Shown: positions 50,637 to 61,039 of the stretch, one piece after another | Layout: each line of letters opens with the position of its first letter | Numbering within the stretch: position 1 is the stretch's first letter | Origin: Hormiphora californensis | Taxonomy: Eukaryota > Animalia > Ctenophora | Length of the DNA: 64,000 bases | Direction: 5' to 3' | Assembly: GCA_020137815.1 (NCBI GenBank) | Contig: CM035352.1 | Coordinates: 8,866,001 to 8,930,000 of the forward strand | The notes under the pieces: model-generated | What the model was told of the DNA's origin: nothing | The model's database searches: none | What the model saw: only the letters and a program-made list of their open reading frames with translations | Translations under genes and position numbers: made by a program

Positions 50637-53321
50637 GCGTGTGTGTGTGTGTGCGAGTGTGTGTGTATATTCTTTTCTTCCTTTTTTTAGTCCGAACGAG
50701 GTGGTACAATTATTTATTAATTCTCACTGTTTTTCGTTCCATTTATTTTAAACTAAACTAAACTAAACTATCTCCCTCTCTATCTCCCTCTCTATATCTA
50801 TCTCTATCTCTATATCTATCTCTATCTCCCTCTCTCTATCTCCCTCTCCCTCTCTATCTCCCTCTCCCTTTTGTTTGCGTTACCGGCCTCATGCCTGTTT
50901 GCTTGTGACTTACCATAATCGGCCATGTGACCTGCCATAATCGACCATGTGATTCCATAATCGACCTTGTGATCTGTCATAATCGGCGATGTGACCTGTC
51001 ATAATCGGCCATCTGATCTGCTTTAATCGGCCATGCGATCTGCTTTAATCGGCGATATGATCACGACGTGATTATGACCGATCAAGGTCTCGTCTAACAT
51101 TATATGCTATAGCGTGATAGATAGGTTCATGTAACTACCTATCTCTGAAAATAGATAAATGCGAGCAGTGAGATCTTTATTGTATTGTTTTCACTATGAG
51201 TACTACTACTTCTACCTCGTCTACTACTTCTACCTCATCTACCACCATTCAACGAACTCGAACCGCCGCTGCAATGACCCGCCGAGCCAACTTCTCCTCC
51301 AACAATCCTCGTCTACATGAGATTGGATAGAAATAGAGATAGAGAGGGAGAGGGAGAGGGAGATAGAGAGATAGAGAGATAGAGAGATAGAGAGATAGAG
51401 ATAGCGATAGAGAGGGAGAGGGAGATAGAGAGAGGGAGATAGGGATAGAGATAGATATAGAGATAGAGATAGAGATAGAGAGGGAGATAGAGATAGAGAT
51501 AGAGATAGAGATAGAGATAGAGATAGAGAGGGAGAGGGAGAGGGAGATAGAGAGAGGGAGATAGAGATAGATATAGAGATAGATATAGAGATAGAGAGGG
51601 AGATAGAGAGAGGGAGATAGAGATAGATATAGAGAGGGAGATAGAGAGGGAGATAGAGAGGGAGATAGAGAGGGAGAGGGAGATAGAGAGAGGGAGATAG
51701 AGGGAGATAGAGATAGAGATAGAGAGGGAGATAGAGATAGAGATAGAGAGGGAGAGGGAGAGGGAGATAGAGAGGGAGAGAGAGAGAGAGACAAAACCAC
51801 TTTTTTTCGGGTTGTAGCAACAAATATCCAATTTTTTTTTACTACTACTTCTACCTCGTCTACTACTTCTACCTCATCTACCACCATTCAACGAACTCGA
51901 ACCGCCGCTGCAATGACCCGCCGAGCCAACTTCTCCTCCAACAATCCTCGTCTACATGAGATTGGATAGAGATAGAGATAGAGAGGGAGAGGGAGAGGGA
52001 GATAGAGAGATAGAGAGATAGAGAGATAGAGAGATAGAGATAGCGATAGAGAGGGAGAGGGAGATAGAGAGAGGGAGATAGGGATAGAGATAGATATAGA
52101 GATAGAGATAGAGATAGAGAGGGAGATAGAGATAGAGATAGAGATAGAGATAGAGAGGGAGAGGGAGAGGGAGATAGAGAGAGGGAGATAGAGATAGATA
52201 TAGAGATAGATATAGAGATAGAGAGGGAGATAGAGAGAGGGAGATAGAGATAGATATAGAGAGGGAGATAGAGAGGGAGATAGAGAGGGAGATAGAGAGG
52301 GAGAGGGAGATAGAGAGAGGGAGATAGAGGGAGATAGAGATAGAGATAGAGAGGGAGATAGAGATAGAGATAGAGAGGGAGAGGGAGAGGGAGATAGAGA
52401 GGGAGAGAGAGAGAGAGACAAAACCACTTTTTTTCGGGTTGTAGCAACAATATCCAATTTTTTATCACTGCGTATTTACATTCTAGTATTTACATTCTAG
52501 TTCTGGTAGGATATTACCAATGATTGCGTATTCGCTCTGCATTCACTGCGTATTCACTCTGTATTCACTGCGTATTCACTCTGTATTCACTGCGTAAACA
52601 GTTCTGGTAGGATATCCCCAATGATTGCGTATTCACTGCGTATTCACTCTGCATTCACTGCGTATTCACTCTGGAACCACTCTGCATTCACTCTGCATTC
52701 GCTCTGCATTCGCTCTGCATTCACTCTGCATTCACTCTGCATTCGCTCTGCATTCACTCTGCATTCACTCTGCATTCGCTCTGCATTCACTCTGTATTCA
52801 CTGCGTAAACACTATCGATTTAAGGATATGGAGGATGCGGGTAGTACCGAAATTACAACCTCTGATAATCGTCCATCACTGTGTTTATCTATAAAAGTCT
52901 GCAAATTGTCCATCAGCTTTTGAAAGTCTAACACACTTGACTCGGAGCGATACACAGCAGCATAAATAGTGTTTAATTGTTCAACATAGACAGCACACAT
53001 ATTGTTGTTCGCACTCGCAAAATATATACTGTCAGAAACAGCCAGCGAACATTGAACATATAAAGCACAGCCTCCGCCGACTCGGTTTTCTCTATCACTT
53101 CTATATACGTCATACCCTGGTATCTGAACCTGAGCATCAGAATGATAACCCTTAAACCAAGTCTCAGTTACTGCAATGGCTACTATGGGAGTTTTCTCTT
53201 GCGTAACATAGTCTCTTATAAGACCGAGTTTCCAAGCTGTATCACCTGCTGGACTTAAGCTCCTTGCATTAAGCAGTAACAGCTTGCTCGTAGGCGAAAC
53301 AGACCCTAACGTTCCCTCCAC
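44859..53321 (-). CDS. CR1 ORF2 (APE + RT), split by the 47370-52848 insertion
   Basis: Removing the insert and one TSD restores ...[13 protein letters not shown]... in frame between 53321-52849 and 47361-44859. Confidence 0.85.
47370..52848. mobile_element. Merlin-like non-autonomous foldback DNA transposon
   Basis: 8-bp TSD GAAATTAC (47362-69, 52849-56) and GGTAC termini (Merlin GGNRM-type). TIRs of ~0.9 kb are built from a 10-bp GAATGCAGAG-type satellite and TC/TA microsatellite. Internal ~640-bp direct duplication (51201 vs 51841). No transposase. Confidence 0.7.
48799..50769 (+). mobile_element. 5'-truncated copy of the RTEX-like LINE (same family as 5105-14305), with open 480-aa RT C-half at 48820-50262
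   Basis: Near-identical to the reverse complement of ~5130-7065; [24 protein letters not shown]...[10 protein letters not shown]; (AAACT)n tail. Confidence 0.9.
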
Positions 53322-56143
53322 GTTCGTCTCGGCTCTAGTCTCACGTCTAGCATTTCTCTCATTTTCGCGTCCATTCTCGCATCCATCGCCCCCAAGAGTC
53401 TTTCGAAAAAAGCCTGCTCATCAAATGGGGCTGGCTCACGTGCTGCATTGGAGCTCGGCTGCTGGGACCGCGGCATATTAGTGCTACTATCCGTAGTTAT
53501 GAAATGGTTTGGAGTCGAAGGAACACACAGTAGATTTGGGGGCGTTAAAGCACTTTCGATATTAAATCATCATCAGTAACATCCCTACAACGATAAATGT
53601 TAGAAAACACACGATAAAACTAAAACGACGCGAAAAAAAATATAAAGAAAAAATGAAACAGGCCAAAGATAAAAACTCGGGAGACGTCCCAGACCAAAAA
53701 TTAACGAACGACCGCGATACGATTAAGACCCTGCAACCTAGTTCCATACGAGTCAATATAACCCTCTTCCAATCTATCGAGATCGGTTGCGCGACCACTC
53801 TTCACAATACCAACTTTAAAATTGCTAATGGTGAAATCGTCCTTATTAGCGCTACGGTGTTTTAGGAACATGTGGTACGCTAAAGCACTTTGCTCAAATT
53901 CGAGTCCGGTGGTTTTGAATTTCGAGCGGTGTCCGTTTATCCGGATATGGAAGGGTGAGTGGGTCTGTCCAAAGTAACATTCCTCACAAATTGTACATTT
54001 AGCGACATAAATCACCCCCGCTGCTTTGCATGTTAACCTCATGTCCAATCTGGTAGGAGAGCCGTTAACCGTCACTGATTTAGGATCCTCAAACATAAGT
54101 GGGCAAGTCTTACAGCCCTTGCCACCGCACTTTTGGTTCGGAGGAGCTACTGACATTTGGTGCAGAGTGTCCTCACTTACGCTCATAGCCCTATTCCTAA
54201 CTATTTCGCTACCAATAGTAGGGCCTTTTCTGAGTGCTATGATCACCCGGGTTTTAGTACCTGTCACCAGGTCGATACTGGTCTGACAGTCCCTCACCAA
54301 GGCCCGAAGTTCATCTACCTCCTCATAGTAGAGGGTGCTGAATATCAAAGTCTGACCCTCCTCCTTACCATGTTTGTCCATCCTTACCTCACCGGTCGCC
54401 CTCCGTTTCGCCAAGGGCTCCAATTCCTCCAGGAGCACTTCCTCATGACCACTCCTCATCAAGTCCCTCTTAAGTTGGTCTAAATCTCTTTTCAGAGGTG
54501 AGGGTCTAGAATTCCGGTTAACAACTCGAATCATCTGGGACATTACAACAGATCTGAAGACATGTTGGGGATGGAAACTGTCTGTCTTCAGATAGAGGCG
54601 TGCATCAGTCTCCTTCCTAAACAAAGTATAGTCCAAGCCCGTGTTACTGAGATTGAACTTGATGTCCAGGTAGTTAACTTCAGTCCCTATTTGGGAATCT
54701 CCGAAAACGATTCCGAGCGGTGCCGTCATGGAGTTTAAACGGTCAATGTATACACTAAAGGACCTTTCTGTTCCCCTCCAAAAACCCAAAACGTCATCTA
54801 TGAAACGTCTCCAAAATGTAACCTGCTTAGGAATCGCGCCTGGCAGTTTGATGAAAAGAAGGTAATGGAGCGTTATATCTGCAATCTGGCGGGAAATACA
54901 ATTTCCCGTTGGAATTCCTCTCACGCCTTTGTACACTGATCCCTCGAATGTGACAAATGACTCCCTCAGTATCAAAACTGTAAAGTTTCTCACCGTAGTC
55001 GCCACCTTGTGCGGTGTTCTGCACACCCTTAAAGCGTCATCGAGAGCTTCTAGGGCTAGGGAAGGGTCAATACTGGGGTACAATGCAATAACATCAAGTG
55101 TTACTATCCGTAGTTATTGTAGCATAGGATGACATGGTTCTCGGCCTGCCCACGTCAGTTGGCTGGGTGTTATTTCCCTTCACGTTGGCAGGAGCACGAC
55201 GGGTGTTCCTCAGATGTTGAAAACGACAGTCAGTCTTGAGACATTGATGACTGAACTGTGAGGAACGACACAGGGGTGGGTGGAAATAGCGACATTCCTT
55301 ACCCAGCTGACATCCGTACTTCTTCATAGATCCGTGTGAGCAGTACTTCCGGCACAGTGGAGGGTGTGACTTCTGGCAAGCGACTCCGTTGACCATCTTT
55401 GTTCCAGCGCGACCATGCTTGCAGCGATGTTGAAGGTATTGCTGGCACACTGGAATTGGTTTGTCTGCCTCACAATCGATCTGTTTCTCTTTTTCCTTGG
55501 GTAGTACTTTCTCCTTCCTATCACCGGTTGTGGTCACCTCCCCTGGTTTCTCGGCAACCTCAGCTGTCGACAGGAAGCTAAACTTCCTCCTCAAACTGTC
55601 ATCATTTGCCTCGCTAGCTGCACTTTTAGGAGGACTGGCAAACTCCCCGTTTTCGCCAGAGAAAGTTTCCAGTCTGTTCTTTTTCATACAGCCTGAACAA
55701 ATCCAAACAAAACCAGGAATACTACACTTGGGCTGCTGCTGGACTAGCTGGCAGTTGTGGCTACCACCGCCGCAGCTACTGCAGTTAAACCTGGATTTTT
55801 CTCCTCGTTTCAATGAGTAATCCAACTCACAGGCCTCGCAAAACTGAGGGAAGAGACCCTCGATAGCCATGATTAGCCAGTCAATGAGGCTCGATTTGCT
55901 ACGGTACCTTCTGCTGACACCATCGTCGGTCCGGGGCTTACCTCCCAGAAAGACAGCGGCCTCCTCCAGAACGGGAACATCAAACTTGTCCAGGTTGTTC
56001 AGGTTGGTCTGATACTTCTTTGCTGCTGGGTTGTAGGCCTTCAGGACTCGCTTAACCTCATCACCACAATCAGAATCCTTACTTAGCTCTGACAGGATAG
56101 CCTTCTGCTTTCCCAGGATAGCTTTCTCGTTGGCTTCAGACAT
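53306..56143 (-). CDS. CR1 ORF1 (PHD-like + CCCH zinc fingers), split by the Penelope insertion
   Basis: CEAC...CSSCGGGSHNC...WICSGC (PHD-like); CQQYLQHRCKHG...C..SHPPLC and CRYFHPPLC (CCCH). Removing the PLE restores ...TTDSSTNMPRSQ...RTWRER* ending at 53306. Confidence 0.8.
53539..53585 (-). ncRNA. Minimal type I hammerhead ribozyme in the Penelope 3' region
   Basis: Minus strand reads GGGATGTTA-CTGATGA-T-GAT(TTAAT)ATC-GAAA-GTGC-TT-TAACGCCCC: catalytic core boxes, stem I, stem II and a vestigial quasi-palindromic stem III. Confidence 0.7.
53701..55101 (-). CDS. Penelope RT (from the TLDVIALYPSI motif) + GIY-YIG endonuclease
   Basis: TLDVIALYPSI, GIPTGNCIS, WRRFIDDV, NYLDI, YLKTDSFHP, KCGGKGCKTC, GVIYVAKCTICEECYFGQT, RINGH, GLN. 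Confidence 0.9.
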   Translation of the reverse strand, partial: TLDVIALYPSIDPSLALEALDDALRVCRTPHKVATTVRNFTVLILRESFVTFEGSVYKGVRGIPTGNCISRQIADITLHYLLFIKLPGAIPKQVTFWRRFIDDVLGFWRGTERSFSVYIDRLNSMTAPLGIVFGDSQIGTEVNYLDIKFNLSNTGLDYTLFRKETDARLYLKTDSFHPQHVFRSVVMSQMIRVVNRNSRPSPLKRDLDQLKRDLMRSGHEEVLLEELEPLAKRRATGEVRMDKHGKEEGQTLIFSTLYYEEVDELRALVRDCQTSIDLVTGTKTRVIIALRKGPTIGSEIVRNRAMSVSEDTLHQMSVAPPNQKCGGKGCKTCPLMFEDPKSVTVNGSPTRLDMRLTCKAAGVIYVAKCTICEECYFGQTHSPFHIRINGHRSKFKTTGLEFEQSALAYHMFLKHRSANKDDFTISNFKVGIVKSGRATDLDRLEEGYIDSYGTRLQGLNRIAVVR

Positions 56144-56172
56144 AGTTTCCAGGGGTGGTCACTTGTACATGG

Positions 56173-56214
56173 CTCAAATTAATTTGTTTAAAGTAGTGTT
56201 GAAAAGTTTGAAAC
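56173..56214 (-). other. Genomic copy of the spliced-leader exon forming the 5' end of the CR1
   Basis: Minus strand GTTTCAAACTTTTCAACACTACTTTAAACAAATTAATTTGAG, 29 nt before the ORF1 ATG; followed by CC, not GT. Confidence 0.8.
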
Positions 56215-56346
56215 ACTAAAGCTTAAAATGTTAAAATATAAAGCTTAAAATGTTAAAATATGGAGTTTAACTGTCAGCACTCACGGGTTTTTTAATTTTT
56301 TGCCCCCCCCCTTTCGCTCGCAGCTCGCTCGGCGTGATTCAACAAA

Positions 56347-56568
56347 CAGTGGTCATCCGACATAATTGCCACATCTCGACGTGAACTTCGACGTTGAATT
56401 CGACGAGAAATAGCAGGCGTTTGTAGTTATGAACGCCTGCTGTGCGCGGCACATTGGCACGTGCGGCATGGGCAGCAGGCGTTCATAACTACAAACGCCT
56501 GCTATTCCTCGTCGAATTCCACGTCGAAGTTCACGTCGAGATATGGCAATTATGTCGGATGACCACTG
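56347..56568. mobile_element. Palindromic MITE with CAGTGG termini (hAT-like)
   Basis: ~95-bp inverted arms, each with an inner hairpin AGCAGGCGTT...AACGCCTGCT; no clean TSD. Confidence 0.65.
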
Positions 56569-56972
56569 AAAACAAGGTTTTTAGGGTTAGGAGTTATTGT
56601 TAGGGCTTGAGATAATCTATCATTTAATCAAGAGACAAGGGTTTTTGTGGTTACAGGTGCGAGTAGCGACGAAAGCCTGGGTGATGGGTCCGCCGTCCGG
56701 GACCCACTTTTCGGGTGAAACAAGAGCAAAACTGGAAAAACTAGCAAAAAGTGGAAAAATGACACGATTTTTGAATTTTGATGTGCGTGCGCCGCGCTTG
56801 GGGGTCGTCGCGCGCATAAGGGGATTGCAGCGCATGCCAATTTTAACGGCGTCCGCCGTTTCGATTGGAACCCGTTCAAAACCAATTGAAAAATGACTTG
56901 TTTCACCATGCATAAAATTAAATAAAACTTTACAAAAACATGTTAAATGCAACCAGTGAAAACACACAAAAA

Positions 56973-59900
56973 TCACTCATTCAAAAGCTGGCTAATTGAC
57001 TTAAACTGATCCATTTTGTTTTTCTCGCCACCATTCTTCTCCGAAACAGCCGCCTCTAGACTGTTCCTGATAAGATTTATCGTGTTTTTAACCATCCCTG
57101 CAGCAGCGGCCGTGCTAGTTGGTTGTTGAGGTGAAGCCGGTAGTGAGTTATACTGCCGCTCTCTCAGGGGGGAGGTGGGAGGTATACCATACTCACTCCC
57201 AGTCGACCTGAACAGACCAGAGAAGGGTGGAGGGGAGGGTGGTACAGCACTGGCCCCTCTTTCATCTTGGGGGGGCAGGGAAAATGAGGCCAGGAGAGTG
57301 CTCATAAGCCCATCTGTTTGAGTGGTTGAGGTTGAGAGAGGGGCACAGGGAGGTGTGTTGGTTGAGGCTGTTGTAGTTTCTTGGGCTGTACGTTTTGCCA
57401 GATTAGCTATGATATGTCGATACATCGTACTCGTTTCTCGCTCCTGGGGGATAGGAAATACTGTATTCGGAGAAAATATAGTTGTTTTTTGACAATGATA
57501 GTTGGTATTTTATAGTTGACAGAGAAGGGTAGTATTTGATAGTGGAGTGAGAGTTGTTCAGTTACCCGTTTGAGTGCAGCATTGAGTTGTTCAACTTGGC
57601 TTGTCAGGAGTTCTACAGCTGATTGGTATCTGGTGATAGCCATGTTTCCAATTGTAGGCCTATTGTGCCGTCTGGACAACCATCCTCTCCATACCGACTG
57701 TATCCGGACCACACCAGCCAACTCTGAAAAGAGGAGGGGTTATTATGCGGGGGATGGGGAGTATTAGGGGATATGGGGACTGGGGAGTATTAGTAGGGAC
57801 AGGTAAGCCGTAAGGGTCACGGGGGAGTATTAGGGGAATTATGAATTAGGGAAAGGAATAGGTTCGCGCCAAGTAGATTGAATGGGATACTGGATAGTGA
57901 AATGAGCGAGCTTTTATATTTAGGTTGGCATTGTAAATCTAAATAAAGATAAACCTTTTTCTGTCAGGTTAGGTAGTGTATACTGTGTAGTAGAGAGTAG
58001 GGGCGAGGACACCCTACTCAGATCTTCAAAGAGACTCCCCTCCCCAATCTCTGAGGCATCCTCCTCGAAACTGGTTACATCTCCCTCCGTACCACAATAT
58101 TGCTCAAAACACACCCCACTTTCAATGGAGATATGGATACTTTCACTGTCCAGCTCTGGTTCTGAGGGATCATTGTTTTGATTAGAGAGAGCTGGTCCAG
58201 CAAGGCAAGGATATCAGAGAGGGTACATTAGTTGGGGAGGGAGTGAGGGACCCCTCACTCAACAAGCATTAGTGAATAGTGGGAGTTGTCTTGTCCCTAC
58301 ACACTTCTTTTTAGAACAAGCATTAGTGAACTGTGGAGTGGGAGTTGAATAGTGGAACCTAAAAGAGTGCCATAAAAGGTGCCCTTGTTTAGTAAGCACT
58401 GCTGAATAGAAACCAAATACAACTAAGCTAAGATACCTGCGCCCCAATCACTTTTGTGACCCATTATTTACCTGTGGCAACTGTTTCGAGATGATCCTGT
58501 GGAGATTCCTGGATCTCTTCTACAACTGCAGGCCTAGAGGAGTAGTATTAGTAGCACTAGTAGTTCCAAGGGTTAGGACTGCCTTTAATTGGAATTATAG
58601 GAAAAACATCTTAATTACAATTAGTCGTACCGTTGACTATTTATTGGCTCAACTTCTGCTGTCCCTTTATCCGCTGGTACAGGTCTCATTTTAGATGCTA
58701 GCTCTTCCGCTTCTTGCCTAGTGTTATGTTATGTTAAACACGCACGGTATGCATGATTGGAACAGTCTAAATTGCACACATGTCACACACATTTGTCGCG
58801 GCTAGCTGGAGACGGTTGGGGGAACAGGGGACGGAAGGTACGGTCGCGCACTGCTCGCAACATAAGAAGCACCCCGCGCGTTCCTGCAAGTATGGTTACA
58901 GGCGGGAGATTTGTATTTAGATCGATGTCCCACTTTTCAGCCGATATCATGAGATTGGGAAGATTGAAGATGATTGAGAAGGGTTTTGTGGGCCGTGGGG
59001 ACGTTTAATTAACAAAAAACAGATGCTGATATGTTAATTAACAAGCTATTGTAATATCTACCAACCTAAGAGTGTCAGTAACTAATGTTCCATCAATTGT
59101 AGTCACATTTGAACAGCACATAGCCACAAATGTCTGGTAGGTCCCCTTATTAGATCCAGTACAGCATCTGTTACCTTCCAGTGTTATCTCTTCTAGACAC
59201 CTGGGGGTCAAATATTGGATTATTAGTTAATTAATTAAATTATTGATCTGAGTTTGAAATATTTGTTTAGAGCTTTGTTTCGTATGCAACGTCTCTGTGT
59301 GTATAATATATCACTTATTATAGGGCCAGTCATGTTTTGAGTTAGGCCACTCACGTCACTCACACACATACTTGCATCTCTCAACACATAGTTGAATCTA
59401 AACACATAGTTGAATCTAAACACATAGTTCAGTCTAAACACATAGTTGCATCTAAACACATAGTTGAATCTAAACACATCTCAATACATGCTCTAGAGCA
59501 GTGGGCCACACTAAATAGCGCCTCTATTGTTTCCCGGTTCGGAGAGGGCAGCCTTTTGTGAGCCAACTCTACCGATAAATCAACTTGGTTACACCTTTTA
59601 AAATGGGTCACACCAGGGGGGGGGGGGGGGAAAGGGGGTGGTCCCCGTTAACTCACCTTAGTCTGGTCAGGTAGGCAAGTTGTCCGATATCAGTTATCTT
59701 GTTATCATGTAGAGACAACACTTTTATGTTACCTCCTGGGAGACAGTGAGGCACTGATTCAAGTGTGGATATTTCGTTACCTTGAACATGCAGCTCCTGT
59801 TGGGAGAAGGGCGGTATTGGGAGAGGGAGGGGTGGTTATAATAGTGGGGTTAGGAGAGAGACGGGGTGGTTATAGTGGGGACTGGGGTTAGGATAGTTGT

Positions 59901-60706
59901 TAGGGGAGGGGTTATCCGTTTTAGTGGGGTTTTTCAACCCTCCGAAGCAAAGAAGAGTATGTAGGTACAATATTGGGGGGAGGGGGTTGCCATGGTGACC
60001 TCCCCCAGTAATACAGGGGTTGCCATGGTAACCAATCAATACCTTGAGGTTAATTAAAGTTGATATGTCTGCTATCTCTGTAATACTATTGTAGGACAAG
60101 TCCAGTTTGACGAGAGATGTACAGTGGTAGAGACCAGTAAAATTCTGCAGGCAGTTCCGAGATAGATTTAGTTCCATTAGTTCACCACACTCACTCACAC
60201 CTGATACGGGGGAAATTTACTAAATAATACTACGTACAGGGCTGTACCCAGGGTGGTTTTTACACCGGATACCCCTAGCTGAACTGCTGAATTTTACCTG
60301 TGATGCGAGATACAATATTATTGATCAGATGTAAGAGGCGCAGGTTGGGTAGATGGGCTACTGGTGACATATCTGATATCTGGTTGTGACAGGCTGACAA
60401 CTGAAATAAGTGGGGTATTAAAAATCACTATTTAATAAGCTAATTGACTAAATAATTAACTAATTAATCAGCTGACTAATTAGCTAATAACGGGTAAAAA
60501 CAACTAATTACAACTACTTCTTTATATGTATATGTATATGTATGTAGTTTTATCACCTGTAATAGTGTGGTACAGTATTTGACATGCCGTATGTCCAGCA
60601 AATCGTTGCCATCGAGAATTAGAGTTTTTGATCGGAACTTGGTGGGGGGAATGTAGTCTGTTAGCCTCCTGTTGGCAAGGTTACAACACTGCTCCGACAT
60701 TGTCAT
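56973..60706 (-). CDS. LRR + IQ motif protein, CEP97-like
   Basis: N-terminal LRRs (TLILDGNDLL, LRLLHLINNNI, LNLSRNCL, LDLSYNSI, LSLHDNKI, ITLEGNRC), IQ motif VVRIQSVWRGWLSR followed by a coiled coil: CEP97/LRRIQ2 architecture. Confidence 0.7.
59383..59479. repeat. 19-bp tandem repeat, ~5 copies, intronic
   Basis: Unit AAACACATAGTTGAATCTA. Confidence 0.9.
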
Positions 60707-61039
60707 CCTGCCCCTGAATTAGAGAAGTAAAATGAGAAGTTGGCATTGGTTGAATATATTGGTAAAACAGGGAATAACAGGGGGATTTTATAAATCCTCA
60801 GAGAGATGGAGCCTGGAGGCACAACAGGTGATGATCTCATAACTCTGTCACCTGCAACAAGGGTGAAGTGACCTAATCTGTCAAGTTTCACATGCTATTT
60901 GCTAAGCACGTCCACCACGTACAACAGGACTGAAGTCACCCCACATGTGACTCCTGGGGAAATTGAGATAAAACTAGGCGCACACCGTGTCGTATAAAAA
61001 CACAGCTCTGCAGGCCGGTGTGTAGAATTACACAGTATC

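Larger units (their letters stand above)
53501..55101 (-). mobile_element. 5'-truncated Penelope-like element inserted in CR1 ORF1
   Basis: 16-bp TSD TACTATCCGTAGTTAT (53485-53500, 55102-55117); RT followed by a GIY-YIG endonuclease. Confidence 0.9.
44713..56214 (-). mobile_element. Full-length CR1-clade LINE interrupted by two nested insertions
   Basis: 3' (AAACTTGT)n tail at 44713-44765. ORF2 has APE ([38 protein letters not shown]) and RT ([33 protein letters not shown]). ORF1 starts at 56143. The 5' end is an SL copy. Confidence 0.9.

Noticed and set aside
47750-52468. Long SL/LP/RE-rich ORFs (also near 33069-33496, 37824-38080, 42432-42769, 5082-5496)
   Set aside because: They are translations of (TC)n, (TCTATC)n and (CA)n microsatellites.
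53701-56143. Single chimeric element or fusion protein of PHD/CCCH ORF1 with Penelope RT
   Set aside because: A 16-bp TSD shows a simple insertion, and the frames differ (ORF1 hits a stop at 55094).
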